Part shown: piece after piece, positions 50,879-63,306 of the stretch
Numbering within the stretch: position 1 is the stretch's first letter
How the letters are laid out: every line of letters starts with the position of its first letter
Assembly (NCBI GenBank): GCA_964658305.1
Contig: OZ210885.1
Span: forward strand, 5,766,001 to 5,830,000
Reading direction: 5' to 3'
Origin: Leptogorgia sarmentosa
Lineage: Eukaryota
DNA: 64,000 bases
Notes under the pieces: generated by a model
The model's database searches: none
Told to the model about the DNA's origin: nothing
The model's input: the letters and a program-made list of their open reading frames with translations, nothing else
Made by a program: the position numbers and the translations under genes

Positions 50879-51244
50879 ACATTTCCTAATCGAGACTACA
50901 AATCACGTACGACTATGTGAAGGGACAGTGCAGTGTAGTATAGACACAAAACCAATAGTGTAAAAACCTTTTGAGTATTTTTTTAGATGATGGGAGTCTT
51001 TTGTATATTTTCTTGCTTCGGTGGCAACTCTTGAAGTTTCTTCCGACTTTGTGTCTGTCCCTCCCCCGGAACAATCCAGAGATGCTTTGCGGGTTGTTTC
51101 GTAATGATGGTTAATTAGATTGACAAATTATATTGAAATCCACGACTAGCTGACAATCTGATAATCAATCAATCATATAAATTGACACTGTTCAATTGAT
51201 AAAAATATTAAAACTAAAAATACTAAAACAATTAGATTACTCGC

Positions 51245-51320
51245 TCTCGATTTCTACGAGATGACAGTTGATTCGGGCTTCGCCCTCATCAACTATCACC
51301 TCATAGAAATCTCGAGCTCG
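51245..51320. repeat. Core of palindromic dispersed repeat (~51226-51337)
   Basis: CTCGATTTCTA.GAG.TGA.AGTTGAT..GGGCTTCGCCC..ATCAACTATCACCTCATAGAAAT..CGAG. Confidence 0.7.
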
Positions 51321-51785
51321 TAATCTCATTGTTAAATAGACAACTCGGCCTCGTTGTCTAATTGTTAAATATCTAATAATTATAATACAACGCTATACTT
51401 CCCCTATTTGCTATAAGTGAAATTTAATCATGTAAGAAATGGCTTTTCTGCATTCTGAATGGTTAACTGAGCAATAGTTACTGCCTGGACTAGATCAAGC
51501 AGTAGCCATTGCTCTTTTCAACATGGCTGCTAAAATTTACTGATTTTTACTTTATCGCCAATGAAATTATACCAAAACAATTAGTTACTCCAGTCTCGCC
51601 GCTACATGCAGGGTTCGGTAAAGTTTCATCGATAATCACAGAGACTTCAGGAACTAATTGTTAATTAGCCCTTCTTGCTACAATATCATGCATACAATTT
51701 AATTATAGCTCGGCTTCATAAATAGATATAAACATAGATACAGATGACAATGACTTTCTCGGTATTCTTCAAGATGCAAAGAATC

Positions 51786-51810
51786 GAAAGCGAAAGAAAT
51801 GGAAGTTTCG
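51786..51810 (+). promoter_or_regulatory. IRF-like + degenerate kB motif of an orphan family 5' region
   Basis: GAAAGCGAAA followed by GGAAGTTTCG; downstream 51810-52080 aligns with the 5' regions of copies C/D/G but the ATG exon is decayed. Confidence 0.5.
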
Positions 51811-52264
51811 AAGCTTTAGAATGTTCTAACAGCAGGGTATTGATTACTTTAACGCTTCTTCGGTGCTATACCAAAACTACATTATGGTTCGCTTTGTTAT
51901 GCAAAAATCAAAAAGATAACTGAAAAGGAATTCAACGTTTCCAAAACAACAGAGGTTCTAGACACATAGTGTTGATTTGTATCTTTACGTTTACAGTGTA
52001 TTAAGAGAACGGACGACACGATTTATATTGTTTACTTTCCTTTGACTTTTTTATATCTCTAAAAATAATTCTGCTGCATGATGAAAACATTCAAGTCCCT
52101 TAGTTACAAATTCGTCATAATATATCATATATAGGCCTAGTTTGTAGAAGAGGAGTGAATATCAGTGATACCATTAAAATCACAGTGCAACGCGCTACGA
52201 ATTACCAACAAGAGAACACAACGCTTTTTCCAATTCTTGGTATTAAATATTAAATAATAAATAC

Positions 52265-52296
52265 GAAGCGAAAGCAAAACTACGAATGGAATTTCC
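52265..52296 (+). promoter_or_regulatory. IRF-like + kB motif upstream of copy B
   Basis: GAAGCGAAAGCAAAACT then GGAATTTCC (52288-52296). Confidence 0.5.
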
Positions 52297-52567
52297 GGGA
52301 ATTAGGCATGCATGACCAGCATAAGCCTTTTCTGAAATAGCGAGCACGATGCCTTGTGGTCTGGCTTCAGTACAAACAACTCCATGTAAGGCATAATGAA
52401 TAAACAATTTAGTATTGAAGCTAGATCACAATGCATGCAACATGTTCTTTATTGTTCAATTTCGACTGTTGTAGCGTCACAGTCATTTTCCAGCCGCTTT
52501 TCTCATACAGCCAGAAGCAATAATTGGCCAACGATCTCTGTTGTGAATCTCTACGTATTCATGCAGT

Positions 52568-53306
52568 ATGGCTAGTGAACTGGCATTACAGGTAATACAT
52601 TCTTACCTACTTATTTTGTTTGTGAAAAAAAATCGTGAGTGAGAATTTTAGGTATACTCGAGACAATAATTTTATTGTTTCAATATTTTGGTTAAAATGT
52701 TACCATACGTTATAGAAATTTTATCTTGTTTTACAAGTAAAAATAAGTTAGAGACATGTAATCAGATGCTATATAAACATCTAGCTAAATAAATCAGGAA
52801 CGAAGCAAATAAGATAACTCAACAATTGTGTCATCACAGGAACTGGAACAGAACGTACAAGAGATATAATGTGACCAAGAAATACGCCATGAAGATATAA
52901 ACAAATACTGTGATCACTGCACGGATGAAGACTGTGACATCTGTAGACGTTTGATCCAGGAGGCAGGTAAGATCATTGCAAGGTGCCAAGGACCCCAGAA
53001 TCATGTCGAAGGAATTTACAGATTATGTGCTATGGCAAGCATTTCGCACTGCGCTTCTGGTCAGGTTCTCCAGGAAATAAAATTGTGTTCCAGGTGAATG
53101 AAGATGAATTATTCGTAATGGTTGAGGAAAGAACTTGCCCAGAGTCAACCAGATACTTTTTGAGGCAGCAATTGGCACGATTTTCTTCTTGGAGTAGTGC
53201 ACTTCTTTTCCCCGAACAAGTTGCTCCTACTTTCTCACCCGAAGAAACAGCCACTTTCGTCAATGGATTTTACAACTTAAAGACTGGCTGGATATATAGA
53301 CTTTAA
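52568..53306 (+). pseudogene. Cys/His-core family copy B (in-frame stop and frameshift)
   Basis: Exon 52568-52591 MASELALQ|GTAATA; exon from 52840 ELEQNVQEI*CDQEIRHEDINKYCDHCTDEDCDICRRLIQEA (TAA 52867-52869), 8-nt insertion near 52984 shifts frame to PESCRRNLQIMCYGKHFALRFWSG..NGFYNLKTGWIYRL*. Confidence 0.8.
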
Positions 53307-54889
53307 CATGGCTTGAAAACTCGATGTACATATCATATTAAATTTTCATAATCATATCTTACTTGATATAATATTTTACAAAGCATGAATTGGACTTTCT
53401 GAAAATGAAACACAGGTCAAAGCCATTAAATGGAACTTCCTGAATAAACATTTTCAAAATTTCAATGTGTATTAATCGGTACAATCGCGAAATATCGCAC
53501 TGCCTTTTCTAGTTTAAATGACTTATTTAGTTGTTGGCAAGCTGTGAGATTTTACGTCAGGGAAAACCGCATGCTGATCCAGTTAATTCACTGACTGGAA
53601 TCTTTAATTTTCATTGAAATGATACCGTCAGAAAATACATTCGTCGTCTGTTTATAATAAGTTAACGTTACCTTCAGCGTTGGAAATTGAACGCCATTGC
53701 ATTAACTAAGGAAACAAAGAATCGAAACTAAAACTACGAGTCAAAGAACGAGGATAGCGCCCAGAAGCTGACATTATCCGTTTACCCCCAACTACATGGG
53801 CGCGAACGTATGTCAGTTTTCCCTTAAATTATGTCAAAGGAAAAAATCCAAAATTAGGTTTTTATGCCATATACAGCTAGAAAACATTAATTGGCCAACG
53901 ATCTGTTGTGAATCTCTACGCATTGATGCAGTATGGTTAATGAATTGGTAATTCTAATTCTCCTTGTTTCGTTTTCATATTTTGGAGCGACTGTTATAGA
54001 CATAGTTATTTAAGAGAAAAATATAGTAGCTTTCATGCATGCGTGCTCCGAATAGGCATCAATACAACCCTGGGAAAGGGAATATATATTGTTGAATATC
54101 CCGAGAGAATTTATATATCGAGAATTTCTGATGATTTTGCATAGGATGAATAACGACTGTCGCTGTTTTCCGTCATTCTTTCATTCTAATAGTGTGGATT
54201 TTTCCCTTTCATAATCACTGTTTGCAAATTGTTGGAGTTCGAAATCTGTATAATCTCGTGTGAGAGGGCCTCAAATGCTATTGCAACTTTCCTGGACAGT
54301 AGACGTTACGGTACTTTGCCCTTGTTATCTCAAAAGTGAAAATTATTTACACTAAATATAGTTTCTAAGTCATTATTTGAAGGAAATGGACAAAGATATA
54401 ACTAGAGGATTATACTAACACCATGCATTATATTCTATTCCTACCAAGTACGATTGTTGTCGAACATGCAGAATATATTGCATGTATTGTTTCAGTTTTA
54501 TGTATTGGTATTGCTATATATTTGATATAGCGAGATGACTACATGCTGGTCTAGGATATTGTTATTCTGCCACATTGGCTTTATCAAATACCACGTATGC
54601 ATCAAAACTATGTAAAAGCTATAGCTATATCTAATGAATATAATGTACAGTTGTTGAGTTTCTTAAATTCATTAAAATTCAAGGAGCCAAAACGAAAGGA
54701 ATGGAATTCATGGAGTCTAAAAATGCTCTGACAGCAGGGTATTGATTGCTTCAATGCTTCTTGTGTTCTGTGCAAAAAACGACATTAGTTTGCCTTGTCA
54801 TGCAAAACATCAAAAGCTAGGAAACCGCATTCCAAGGTGTCGAAAACAACCAAGGTCTTCATTTTGACTTGTGTCTTTAAATTTACAGT

Positions 54890-56019
54890 ATGGCAAGCGA
54901 ACAGACAGGAAAGGTAATTTATATTGTTACTTTTTACTTGCTTTCTTATCTGTAAAAATAGTGCTGCTCGTAGGAACGCACTGACATTAGAATGAAATTT
55001 CTCACAATTAAAAACTTCAAAATATGGCCAGTATATAGGTAGCGGAGCTTAGCGGATATAACAACATGCATAAACAAGCAGGAAAAGTCCTACTCGCCAC
55101 CTAAACGATACAATGAGATTCGACGTTTCAAGCGAATGAGCGACGTCGGGAATTAGTGTGGCAAAGTCCTTTGCTCGTAACGTCGAATCTTATTGTATCG
55201 TTTAGGTGAACGGGTAGAAACATGTTCAAGTCATGAAGTTGACATCATAATTATATCACAATAAAGGATAAAGGATATTTAAAGGATAAAGCTATACTTG
55301 AACAACATTTTGTCGACAAGATGTACGAGTAACAATCGTGAATGAATCACGATGGATTAGTGCTGTATATTATATCAGTTGATTAGTCCTGTATATTATA
55401 ATTTATTAAGTATATATGTATATGTACTTACTTGTATAATACATATATATGTGTGGTTCATACATAATTTTAATTGCAGATGTTAAAACATCTGTAATAC
55501 AATTTCTCGAAAGATATATGTAATGCACTTTTGTGCATGTTTTGTTGTTGTTAGGAAAATAAAATTGAAGAAATCGATTGTAATCCAGCAGTAACCAATG
55601 AAGATATAAACAAATGCCTGGATCAGTGCTCGCAAAAATGCGGAAATTGCAAAAGTGTGATGGAAAAAGCGCGATTCACTGTTACAAGACGCAAAGAATC
55701 ATATCGCAAGAATTTGGAGATAACTTGTCTTGGTGATCATATTTCCTTGTGTTTCTTGTCTGGTTCGCGGGAAAATCAGCTTCTAGTTCAAATGGGTAAT
55801 GACGGGCAGGCTCATGTAGAGATAATTCGAGAGCGTGACTGCTGTAAATGCATGTGTGTTTGCCTAAAAAGAATGTTTGATTGCATTAAATGCTGCTTAA
55901 ACCTCATCTGTGAGTGCTTCAAATGGTGCTTTACACGTATGTGTTGCTGCTGTAAATGTTGCAGAGATGAACAGGGTGAAAACGAGCCGTTAGTGAGACA
56001 GACTGAGGGAACTGACTAG
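54890..56019 (+). CDS. Cys/His-core family copy C, 162 aa, cysteine-string tail
   Basis: Exon 54890-54913 MASEQTGK|GTAATT; exon 55555-56019 ENKIEEIDCNPAVTNEDINKCLDQCSQKCGNCKSVMEKAR..EITCLGDHISLCFLSGSR..CCKCMCVC..MCCCCKCC..ENEPLV..*; phase-0 intron. Confidence 0.85.
55095..55212. repeat. Palindromic element in intron of copy C
   Basis: CACCTAAACGATACAATGAGATTCGACGTT / AACGTCGAATCTTATTGTATCGTTTAGGTG. Confidence 0.8.
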
Positions 56020-56949
56020 TTTTCATTTTTCTGTTACTTTTGCTATCAAAAATATAAAAAGTCCGTGTTTTGTATTTCGCAAGTGAATAATAACAATTCA
56101 TCATGCTGACTGCAGGCTCAAACTAACTTCTTATTCTTTGTATTACATTGTATCGAAATATTAAAATCCTCACTTATACCATTAACATTTTCTGTCTGTT
56201 TAGATTAATAGCGAGGGGGTATTTTTCAGTTAATAAGAAAGTATAGGCTATAAAATAAAAAGACAGACCGTTTCAATAAATATATATTCCGGCAAGGACA
56301 GGAATCTATCTAATTTACAGCCGACATTTTCATCTCTCCTGTTCAAATACCAACATGAAATGTAACAAAGTAATCTCAATGTTTTGAAAACTTAAGCAAA
56401 TTGAATGTTTTGATACATTTCAGTAAGGAACATACATGACCATGGATTGGCAATGTATTTTCTTCTGTGTTGTTTTTAGCATACAGTATGTGGAGGATAA
56501 CACGGATTTTAGATGGGCTTTGAAAGCAAACTAAAACCATACCGCACTAACTTATGAGTGAATGCTGGAGGGTAATGCAATTACGCAAAACACAAAAATA
56601 TAGCAAAAAATTTTTTGACAATTATAGTTTTAAAACTTACGAGTTACAAAGAAAGAGCGACAAATTGGAATTTTTCCAGGTAGCTATATAGATTCATTCA
56701 CATAAACCACAACATATTTTACACATATTTTATGAAAATCAAATTATACTGAAAGTATACTAAATTTATCGCGCGAGGTGAATATTCACCTAGAATCATG
56801 AGAGAGGTAAATGATTGTTAGCTAAATATCCTTTTATATAATTTGACACCGGTACTAGTGTTATTAATTTCCCCACCCTAACATCGCTCCACATCGTGCG
56901 ATTCAACAAAAAATTTCTTTGCCCGCAATTTCATCGATGAATGATTTGA

Positions 56950-56979
56950 GAAATCGAAAGAGAAATAAATGGAATTTCC
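56950..56979 (+). promoter_or_regulatory. IRF/ISRE-like + kB composite upstream of copy D
   Basis: GAAATCGAAAGAGAAA (three GAAA at 6-nt period) then GGAATTTCC (56971-56979). Confidence 0.6.
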
Positions 56980-57152
56980 GGAGCTCTAAAAAAGCTTAAC
57001 AGCAGGATATTGATTGCTTGTGTCCTAGCTGTGAAGAAAATAACATTATAGTTTGCCTTGTTATGCAGAAATCAAAAGGAAACTGTAATTTTAGGTTTGG
57101 ACAACAACACTGGTGTTTCAGTTTTCTATATTTTTATCTGTATGTTTACAGT

Positions 57153-58077
57153 ATGGCAAGCAAACAGCCAGAAGAGGTAATTATTATACAATTGCTGATT
57201 TCTTCTAGTTGCTACTCAGAATTGTGTACTCACTTGTTCCCAGTGCAGTGGGAACTTCTAAATGTTGTCGAATCTTTACAATTCACCGCATTAATGATGT
57301 GTCACTCTGAAGGCTGTTACAATTGGTATCATGATGTGTTATATAACTTTGCAGCAATGAATAGCATGAATGCATGAAGCTAACACGAATTTTGAAAAAG
57401 TATTTCTGCATAGATATATATATAGGCCCAACACCGCATGCATTTTGAAACACAACAACGTGAACCAAACTATAGTAAACTATAGCATTCCAGTAAGTGC
57501 GGTTCTTGTTGAAATACCTTTCAGATCCGTAAATTTTCTCTGTGTTTTGTAGGAAAGTGAAACACAACAAATCAATTGTAATCCAGCAGTAACCCATGAA
57601 GATATAAACAAATACATGGACTTCTGCTCTGACAAATGCGAAAATTGCAAACGTGTGATGCAAAAGGCGCGTTCAATTGTAGCAGAAAAAGAAAAATCGC
57701 TCCGTAAAAGCCTCGAGATTACGTGCAGGGGTGAACACATTTCCTTGTGTTTCTGGTCTGGTTCACGGAGTATAAAAGTTGTGGTTCAGATGGGTAGTGA
57801 CGGGAACGCTCACGCAGAGGAAACTGAAAGGATTCGGTGGTGTAAGCGGTGCAAGTCTGACTGCTGTGGATGCTGCAAGTCTGACTGCTGTGGATGCTGC
57901 AAGTCTGACTGCTGTGGATGCTGCAAGTCTGACTGCTGTGGATACTGCAAGTCTGACTGCTGTGGATGCTGCAAATGCAAATGTTGTTGTGGGTGCCTGA
58001 ATGGCATTATGCGTTTTTTAAGCCAGCGAAAGAATACACGAACGAACGAGGGTGGGCAGCTAGTAACATCGGAATAG
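57153..58077 (+). CDS. Cys/His-core family copy D, 182 aa, (CKSDCCGC)n tail
   Basis: Exon 57153-57176 MASKQPEE|GTAATT; exon 57553-58077 ESETQQINCNPAVTHEDINKYMDFCSDKCENCKRVMQKAR..EITCRGEHISLCFWSGSR.. Confidence 0.87.
57850..57974 (+). repeat. Coding 24-bp tandem repeat x5 (TGCAAGTCTGACTGCTGTGGATGC)
   Basis: Five near-perfect copies, one TGC>TAC change. Confidence 0.95.
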
Positions 58078-59066
58078 TTTGGTTAACTTACTACATCACT
58101 CTGGGATAAATAAAACACTTTAAACGAACTTTAACCAGAATTAATAACCTTTACTAGTTGAGGGTTTCTGCTGTCCCTGTATCAACTTCAATATTGCTTT
58201 TAAGAGTGAAAGTATGCACTTACTGTAAATCTGCTCCTATTTTAGAAGTTAGTTATAGGTCTTCAAGATGACAATTTGTAGTCTTAATTTCAAAATTCGT
58301 TGGCTAAGAGCACACGACATAACTTGACTTAGCGCAAAATATATAGCCTAATTGCCCGATGAACTGTTTTTAGTAGCTACTAATTAGATTTAATGAAGCG
58401 ATAGCGAACGAAAAGCTCTTGCAGGAGGGTGCCTTCATTGCTCTGTGTGTTTACATGATTTTCCTTTATGTGCAAATTTAAAGGAGAGAGCGGGAGCTTC
58501 AAAATCAAGTGAAGGTCCTTGACATCCATCTGATGCCAAACATACTTTAAATAAAACGGTACAGTATAGCTAATATCATTTTTAACGTTTGGTGAATGGC
58601 ATGCGAGCAAGTAAGATGTTTTCGCACTGCTTGTTGTACGTTTAAATAACGACAAGCTGCGAAATTCTTCGCGGGTAGCTACATCACGCAAAAATTGTCT
58701 ATACACACGCTACATGTGCATCTATAAATATTCATTATACAAGTAATTAATTATATATTTCCTTTGTAAAAAACATGTAAAAACTTTGCGTGATGTTTAC
58801 GTTGGTGCATGTAGTTATTTTCTACATGTACAACATTCAAGTGAGAATTTAGTATGCGACAGACAATTAGGAGATTTCAAATCAGAGATTACGGTTCAAT
58901 ACTCGCATAGACTGACTAGGTAGGTTCTAAATTTCGGCAGGCGATATTGCATTAGAAGTCGTATATACAATAGCTTTTACGCAGGGAAGAGCCCGAGAAT
59001 GCTCCTAGTTTTTCAAGATGAAATTCGATAGCGATTTCTAATCCGAGCATCAAAATTCAGTGATTC

Positions 59067-59086
59067 GAAAGTGAAAGGAAATTTCG
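59067..59086 (+). promoter_or_regulatory. IRF/ISRE + kB-like composite of a decayed family 5' region upstream of copy E
   Basis: GAAAGTGAAA immediately followed by GGAAATTTCG; downstream aligns with C/D/G 5' regions. Confidence 0.55.
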
Positions 59087-59867
59087 GAGCTTTTCAGAAT
59101 GTTCTGACAGCAGGGCGTTGATTGCTTCATTGATTCTAACAGTTGCATTATTGCAAACTAAGACACGGCTTTCTTTGATGTTCCAAAAAAAACATTTCAA
59201 AAAACAACCAATTAAGGTTTCAGCGTCGATTTGTTTTTTAGGTTTACATTATGGTAAACAAACCTACAGTTTACGATATTGCTGATTTCTTTTAGTCTTA
59301 ATTTAACAAAACATCACAAACAAAGTTATTAACATCATCTTATATGCCCCACTATATATATACCTGCTTCAAATAGAAAGTGCAGAACTTACAGTAATAT
59401 ATCATTATGGTGAATTGCATGCGAGCAAAAAGATAATTTCGTACAGCTTTTTCCAGTTTAAACACAACGACTAATCTTAATTGTCTACACGCTATGAGAT
59501 TTTAGTTGGGAATTGCCACACGCTGATTTAATAATTTGCCGATTGTATCTTTAAATATCGCAATCATGCAATAAAATCGTCGTCAAATGAATGTGATACT
59601 ATTATTATGGCCAAGGTTTGTTCGCTCATAACCAACATTGCTGGGATTAAGAATATGTGCATGATAATCATGTTCTATAGAAGAACTGCGGTTTGTGCGG
59701 CAGCTGTAAATTCTCCCATCAGGTCGGCTAGGACTTGCTTTGCTTTTGTTATGTAAAATAGGAAAAAATCCAAACTAATAACTGATCAGTGACCATTTCG
59801 AAACCATTTCATGTGATGTAGCCAAAAGAAGCAGGTGTTCGGTTTTGTGAATCCCTACATGAACCTT

Positions 59868-60963
59868 ATGGCTGATGGAGAGGTACATAATACATAATAT
59901 ATATAGTGCTGTTTCCTCTTCTTTCTCTATGATATGCTGAATTTAACTGATATATGATAGGTATTTTCATGAATAACATTTCATTTAAGTAAGAATTTCG
60001 GTTACGACACACACAATATAGCTACAGTATAAATTATAATGATTTCAACATTTACCCACTTGCGTGAGAGATGCCTCTCAATTCCGTTTCATACTAGTAA
60101 TATAGATTCTATAGCTGTTAGGATAAATTTCGTGCAGGCGATCCTGAATAAACATTATGCACAGAAATCCAACAACAACATGTACGTTTGTTATGATACA
60201 TATGGTATACATTTTTCAACCGTTGAAGTATCTGAATGGCTGAAAGTATTTGGCATTAATAATCAAATTTAAAAATTAGCCAACGTTTACCATGTTGGTT
60301 ACTTAATTTTGCTCATATGACGACGCTAGATATAGCTACCTTGAATACCTTCAGTTGTCCTTGAAGCACGTAAATCACTAAACTTATGAGTTACCCATAA
60401 AGCATGCAATTGCATGGCATTTAACTTTACACAAACCTTGGAGAAAACCATTGTTGCAGTATTAACCTTCCACACTAATACTGAAATGGTTTAAAATGTT
60501 GCGTTTATAGAGACGCACTGTGGAAGAAATCGGATGTGGTCCAATGATAACCCATCAGAAAATAAACGACTACCGAGAGTATTGCCCAGGAAAATGCGAT
60601 AATTGCAAAAATGTTATGTTAAAGGCGCGTCAAATTGCCAGAGAGATATCAGAATCATGTCGGAAGAGTATGGAGATTACATGCAATGGTGATCATTTTA
60701 CCTTGCGTTTTTTGTGTGGTCTTCGGGGAAACCAAATTCTAGTTAGCAGCAACAACGGAAAAGTAGATGTAACGTTACGTAAACAAACATGGCGAGAGTG
60801 GTTTACACCGGGAGGTATCAGGAATACTATAAAAACAATACAACAGGTAACGTTCTCCATCATATTGGTTTTTGTCATGGCCAGAAATTGCGGATATGTA
60901 AGATTGCGCGTGCGCGAAATTTTTGGTATAAAATGGCGACAGATTCCCTATGTTTTTCTATGA
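59868..60963 (+). CDS. Cys/His-core family copy E, ~155 aa, hydrophobic/basic tail
   Basis: Probable exon 59868-59882 MADGE|GTACAT (in-frame ATG also at 59859); exon 60511-60963 RRTVEEIGCGPMITHQKINDYREYCPGKCDNCKNVMLKAR..EITCNGDHFTLRFLCG..VTFSIILVFVMA..*. Confidence 0.75.
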
Positions 60964-61539
60964 GAAAATTTAATAATTCATAATATATATTTTGACATGT
61001 AAATTATTTTGAATAATTGCTGAAATGAAAATAGTATCTTATAGTAAACAGCAACTATCTGGATAACATAAACTGGTGATAAGTATTAAACCCGCCCTGC
61101 TTTTTTAAAATAAATGCTCAAAGAATTACCTTACTTTGCTATGAAGAAACAGCAAGGGCCAAGGAAGAATCGCTCCATTCATTTTACTCAGACAACAATC
61201 GACGGTTGCCGAAATCATTTATTTTGAACGAGTGATTTCTGCCTATGTTCGGCAATTTAAGTTAAATTGGCAAGTAGTGATCTTCGAGATCACATGACGG
61301 TCCAGGGGCCGGGGTATTAAAGGCTTTTAGACTTCTCAACTTCCCATTGAGAAAATTAATTTTTATTGATATCTTAATTCCTCTTTGGGACATAACAAAA
61401 TACTTAGGATGACAAAATACTTATACCATAATTATATAGTCAGACACGAAATGAATCCCTCCTCCCTCATTCCTCATCCAAGACAGTCCAACAAGTAAAT
61501 CACTTTGTTGAACGCTACTTTTTTTGTTTGTATCTTCAG

Positions 61540-62328
61540 AGCAACAAAGTAAATGATGATCCGGTGCCTCAGGTAATTAATTCTATATTTTTTCCAAAGA
61601 TCGATCAGTGTCAATTGCATGCATATGTAAGAAAAACGTTTTATATATGCATATACTTGGACTTAAAACGTTCTTATACGATTCGTGTGTGAAATGTTTT
61701 CAACATTTTGGGATGTGGTACAACTGGTCTGAAAAAAGGAGTGTATACAGTGGAGGGGGTGGGAGTGGAGGGCGGTTTGAATCTACTAAATGAGATACAT
61801 ATAAAATTTGACTATTGATCGATTGCATTATTACAGGAACGCGAACGTAAAATAGAATATATTCTATGTGATCCAGTGGTACACCATGAAGATCTGAACC
61901 GATACTGTAATTCTTGTTTGGTTGAAGACTGTATAGTTTGCAGACATGTGATGCAAAAGGCACGTCTGATCGTCGCAGGGGCCCCAGAATCATGTCGAAA
62001 GAATTTCGAGATTACATGCTATGGTGAGCATATTTCATTCCGCTTCTGCTCTGGTTCTCGGGGAAATAAAATTGCCGTCTTAGTGTGTGAAGGTACAATA
62101 CATGTTGTTATAGAGGAAAGAACTTGGAAACAGGCGATGATAGACTTTTTTAAGCGTCAATGGCAACAATTTTTGGGTATTAAACTCATAGTTGCTCTGA
62201 GAGCAGCACTTACTGACCGTGAAGCAGCTGTCTCTTATCTGCCACTCGAACAAAATGCCTGTTTGGTCAGTGGATTTCACAACTTAAGGACAGGAAGCAT
62301 ATACACCTTAACTTTGCCTGAAAACTAA
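61540..62328 (+). CDS. Cys/His-core family copy F (start codon not located)
   Basis: Exon 61540-61572 SNKVNDDPVPQ|GTAATT; exon 61837-62328 ERERKIEYILCDPVVHHEDLNRYCNSCLVEDCIVCRHVMQKAR..EITCYGEHISFRFCSGSRGNKI..SGFHNLRTGSIYTL..*; closest to copy B. Confidence 0.75.
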
Positions 62329-63112
62329 TTCAATTTTCTTATCATATCTTATTAAATGTTCATACAATATTAACTTTCTTTAATGAAGCCATTGAAAGAA
62401 AGCTATGCTTTTGTCGTAGCTATATGTCGTCAAATGTCTATACTATAGCTATATATATTCTTTGCACGTGCAATATGTCTAGAGTTTCTGTATATATATA
62501 CATATATTGGTTTGCGAAATTCAAAAGTCAAAATACTAGTGCTCAATGACATATAGACAGAGCAAAATGTATAAACATATATTAATGAATAATAACGTCA
62601 ATGAAAAGAAACACATCACTTGTAATATCAATTTTGGTTGTAATTGAACACTAACTCACACCAAGATACCTAACAACTGAATATTGTTAGTTAAAATAGA
62701 AAAATACAGTGCCAAGTGTAAAGTGTCTTATATGTGAAATAGTACCCAGGCAGCTAGCGTGTGTAAAATCACAATTATATAATATATATTATATATATTT
62801 ACTACTATCTATCTACATCTATATATACAAAACGTATAACAATGTGCCCTCAATAATTTGTTTGGCAATGTAAAACGTACGAGTAATAAACTACGAGTTG
62901 CAAAGAAAGAGTGACAAATGGCAATTTCTAATCATGTTCATTCACACTTCATCATCATAAACAACAATGAACGTTTCTTCAACGTTTTAAATTTGGCTGT
63001 TTATATCGTGAATGTTCACGATTTCTCAAATTTAATACACTTTCTTCGCCATTCAGCCATCTAAGGCTTGTTGTTTTGATGAATTTACGATTATTTTAAA
63101 CATCGCGTATTT

Positions 63113-63132
63113 ACAAAGGAAATGGAATTTCC
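63113..63132 (+). promoter_or_regulatory. kB motif upstream of copy G (IRF part eroded)
   Basis: ACAAAGGAAAT-GGAATTTCC (63124-63132), same context as copy D. Confidence 0.5.
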
Positions 63133-63306
63133 GGAGCTCTAAAAAAGCTTAACAGCAGGGTACTGATAGCTTGTGCCCTGTGAAGAAAATGAAATTATAG
63201 TTTGCCTTGTTATGCAGAAATCAAAAGGAAACTGTAATTTAAGGTTTGGACAACAACACTGGTGGTACGTTTCAGTTTTCTATATTTTTATCTGTATCTT
63301 TACAGT

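Noticed and set aside
57552..57563. Perfect ISRE-like GGAAAGTGAAAC (also at 63466)
   Set aside because: Overlaps splice acceptor and codons E-S-E-T; absent from other paralogs
57018..57663. 119-aa and 126-aa ORFs over the copy D 5' region
   Set aside because: Read through intron or antisense; not conserved in the near-identical copy G region
57840..57998. Metallothionein or keratin-associated protein call for copy D
   Set aside because: Cys richness comes from a local 24-bp repeat appended to the family core; close paralog G lacks it
57779..58007. Alternative-frame ORFs with SLTAVDAA and HPQQSDLQ repeats
   Set aside because: By-products of the stop-free 24-bp repeat overlapping the real CDS
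55555..62328. Assignment of the core to RTP-type 3CxxC or RIG-I CTD zinc domains
   Set aside because: Cys/His spacing (C-x3-C-x2-C...C-x3-H) does not fit either pattern as I know them; left unassigned
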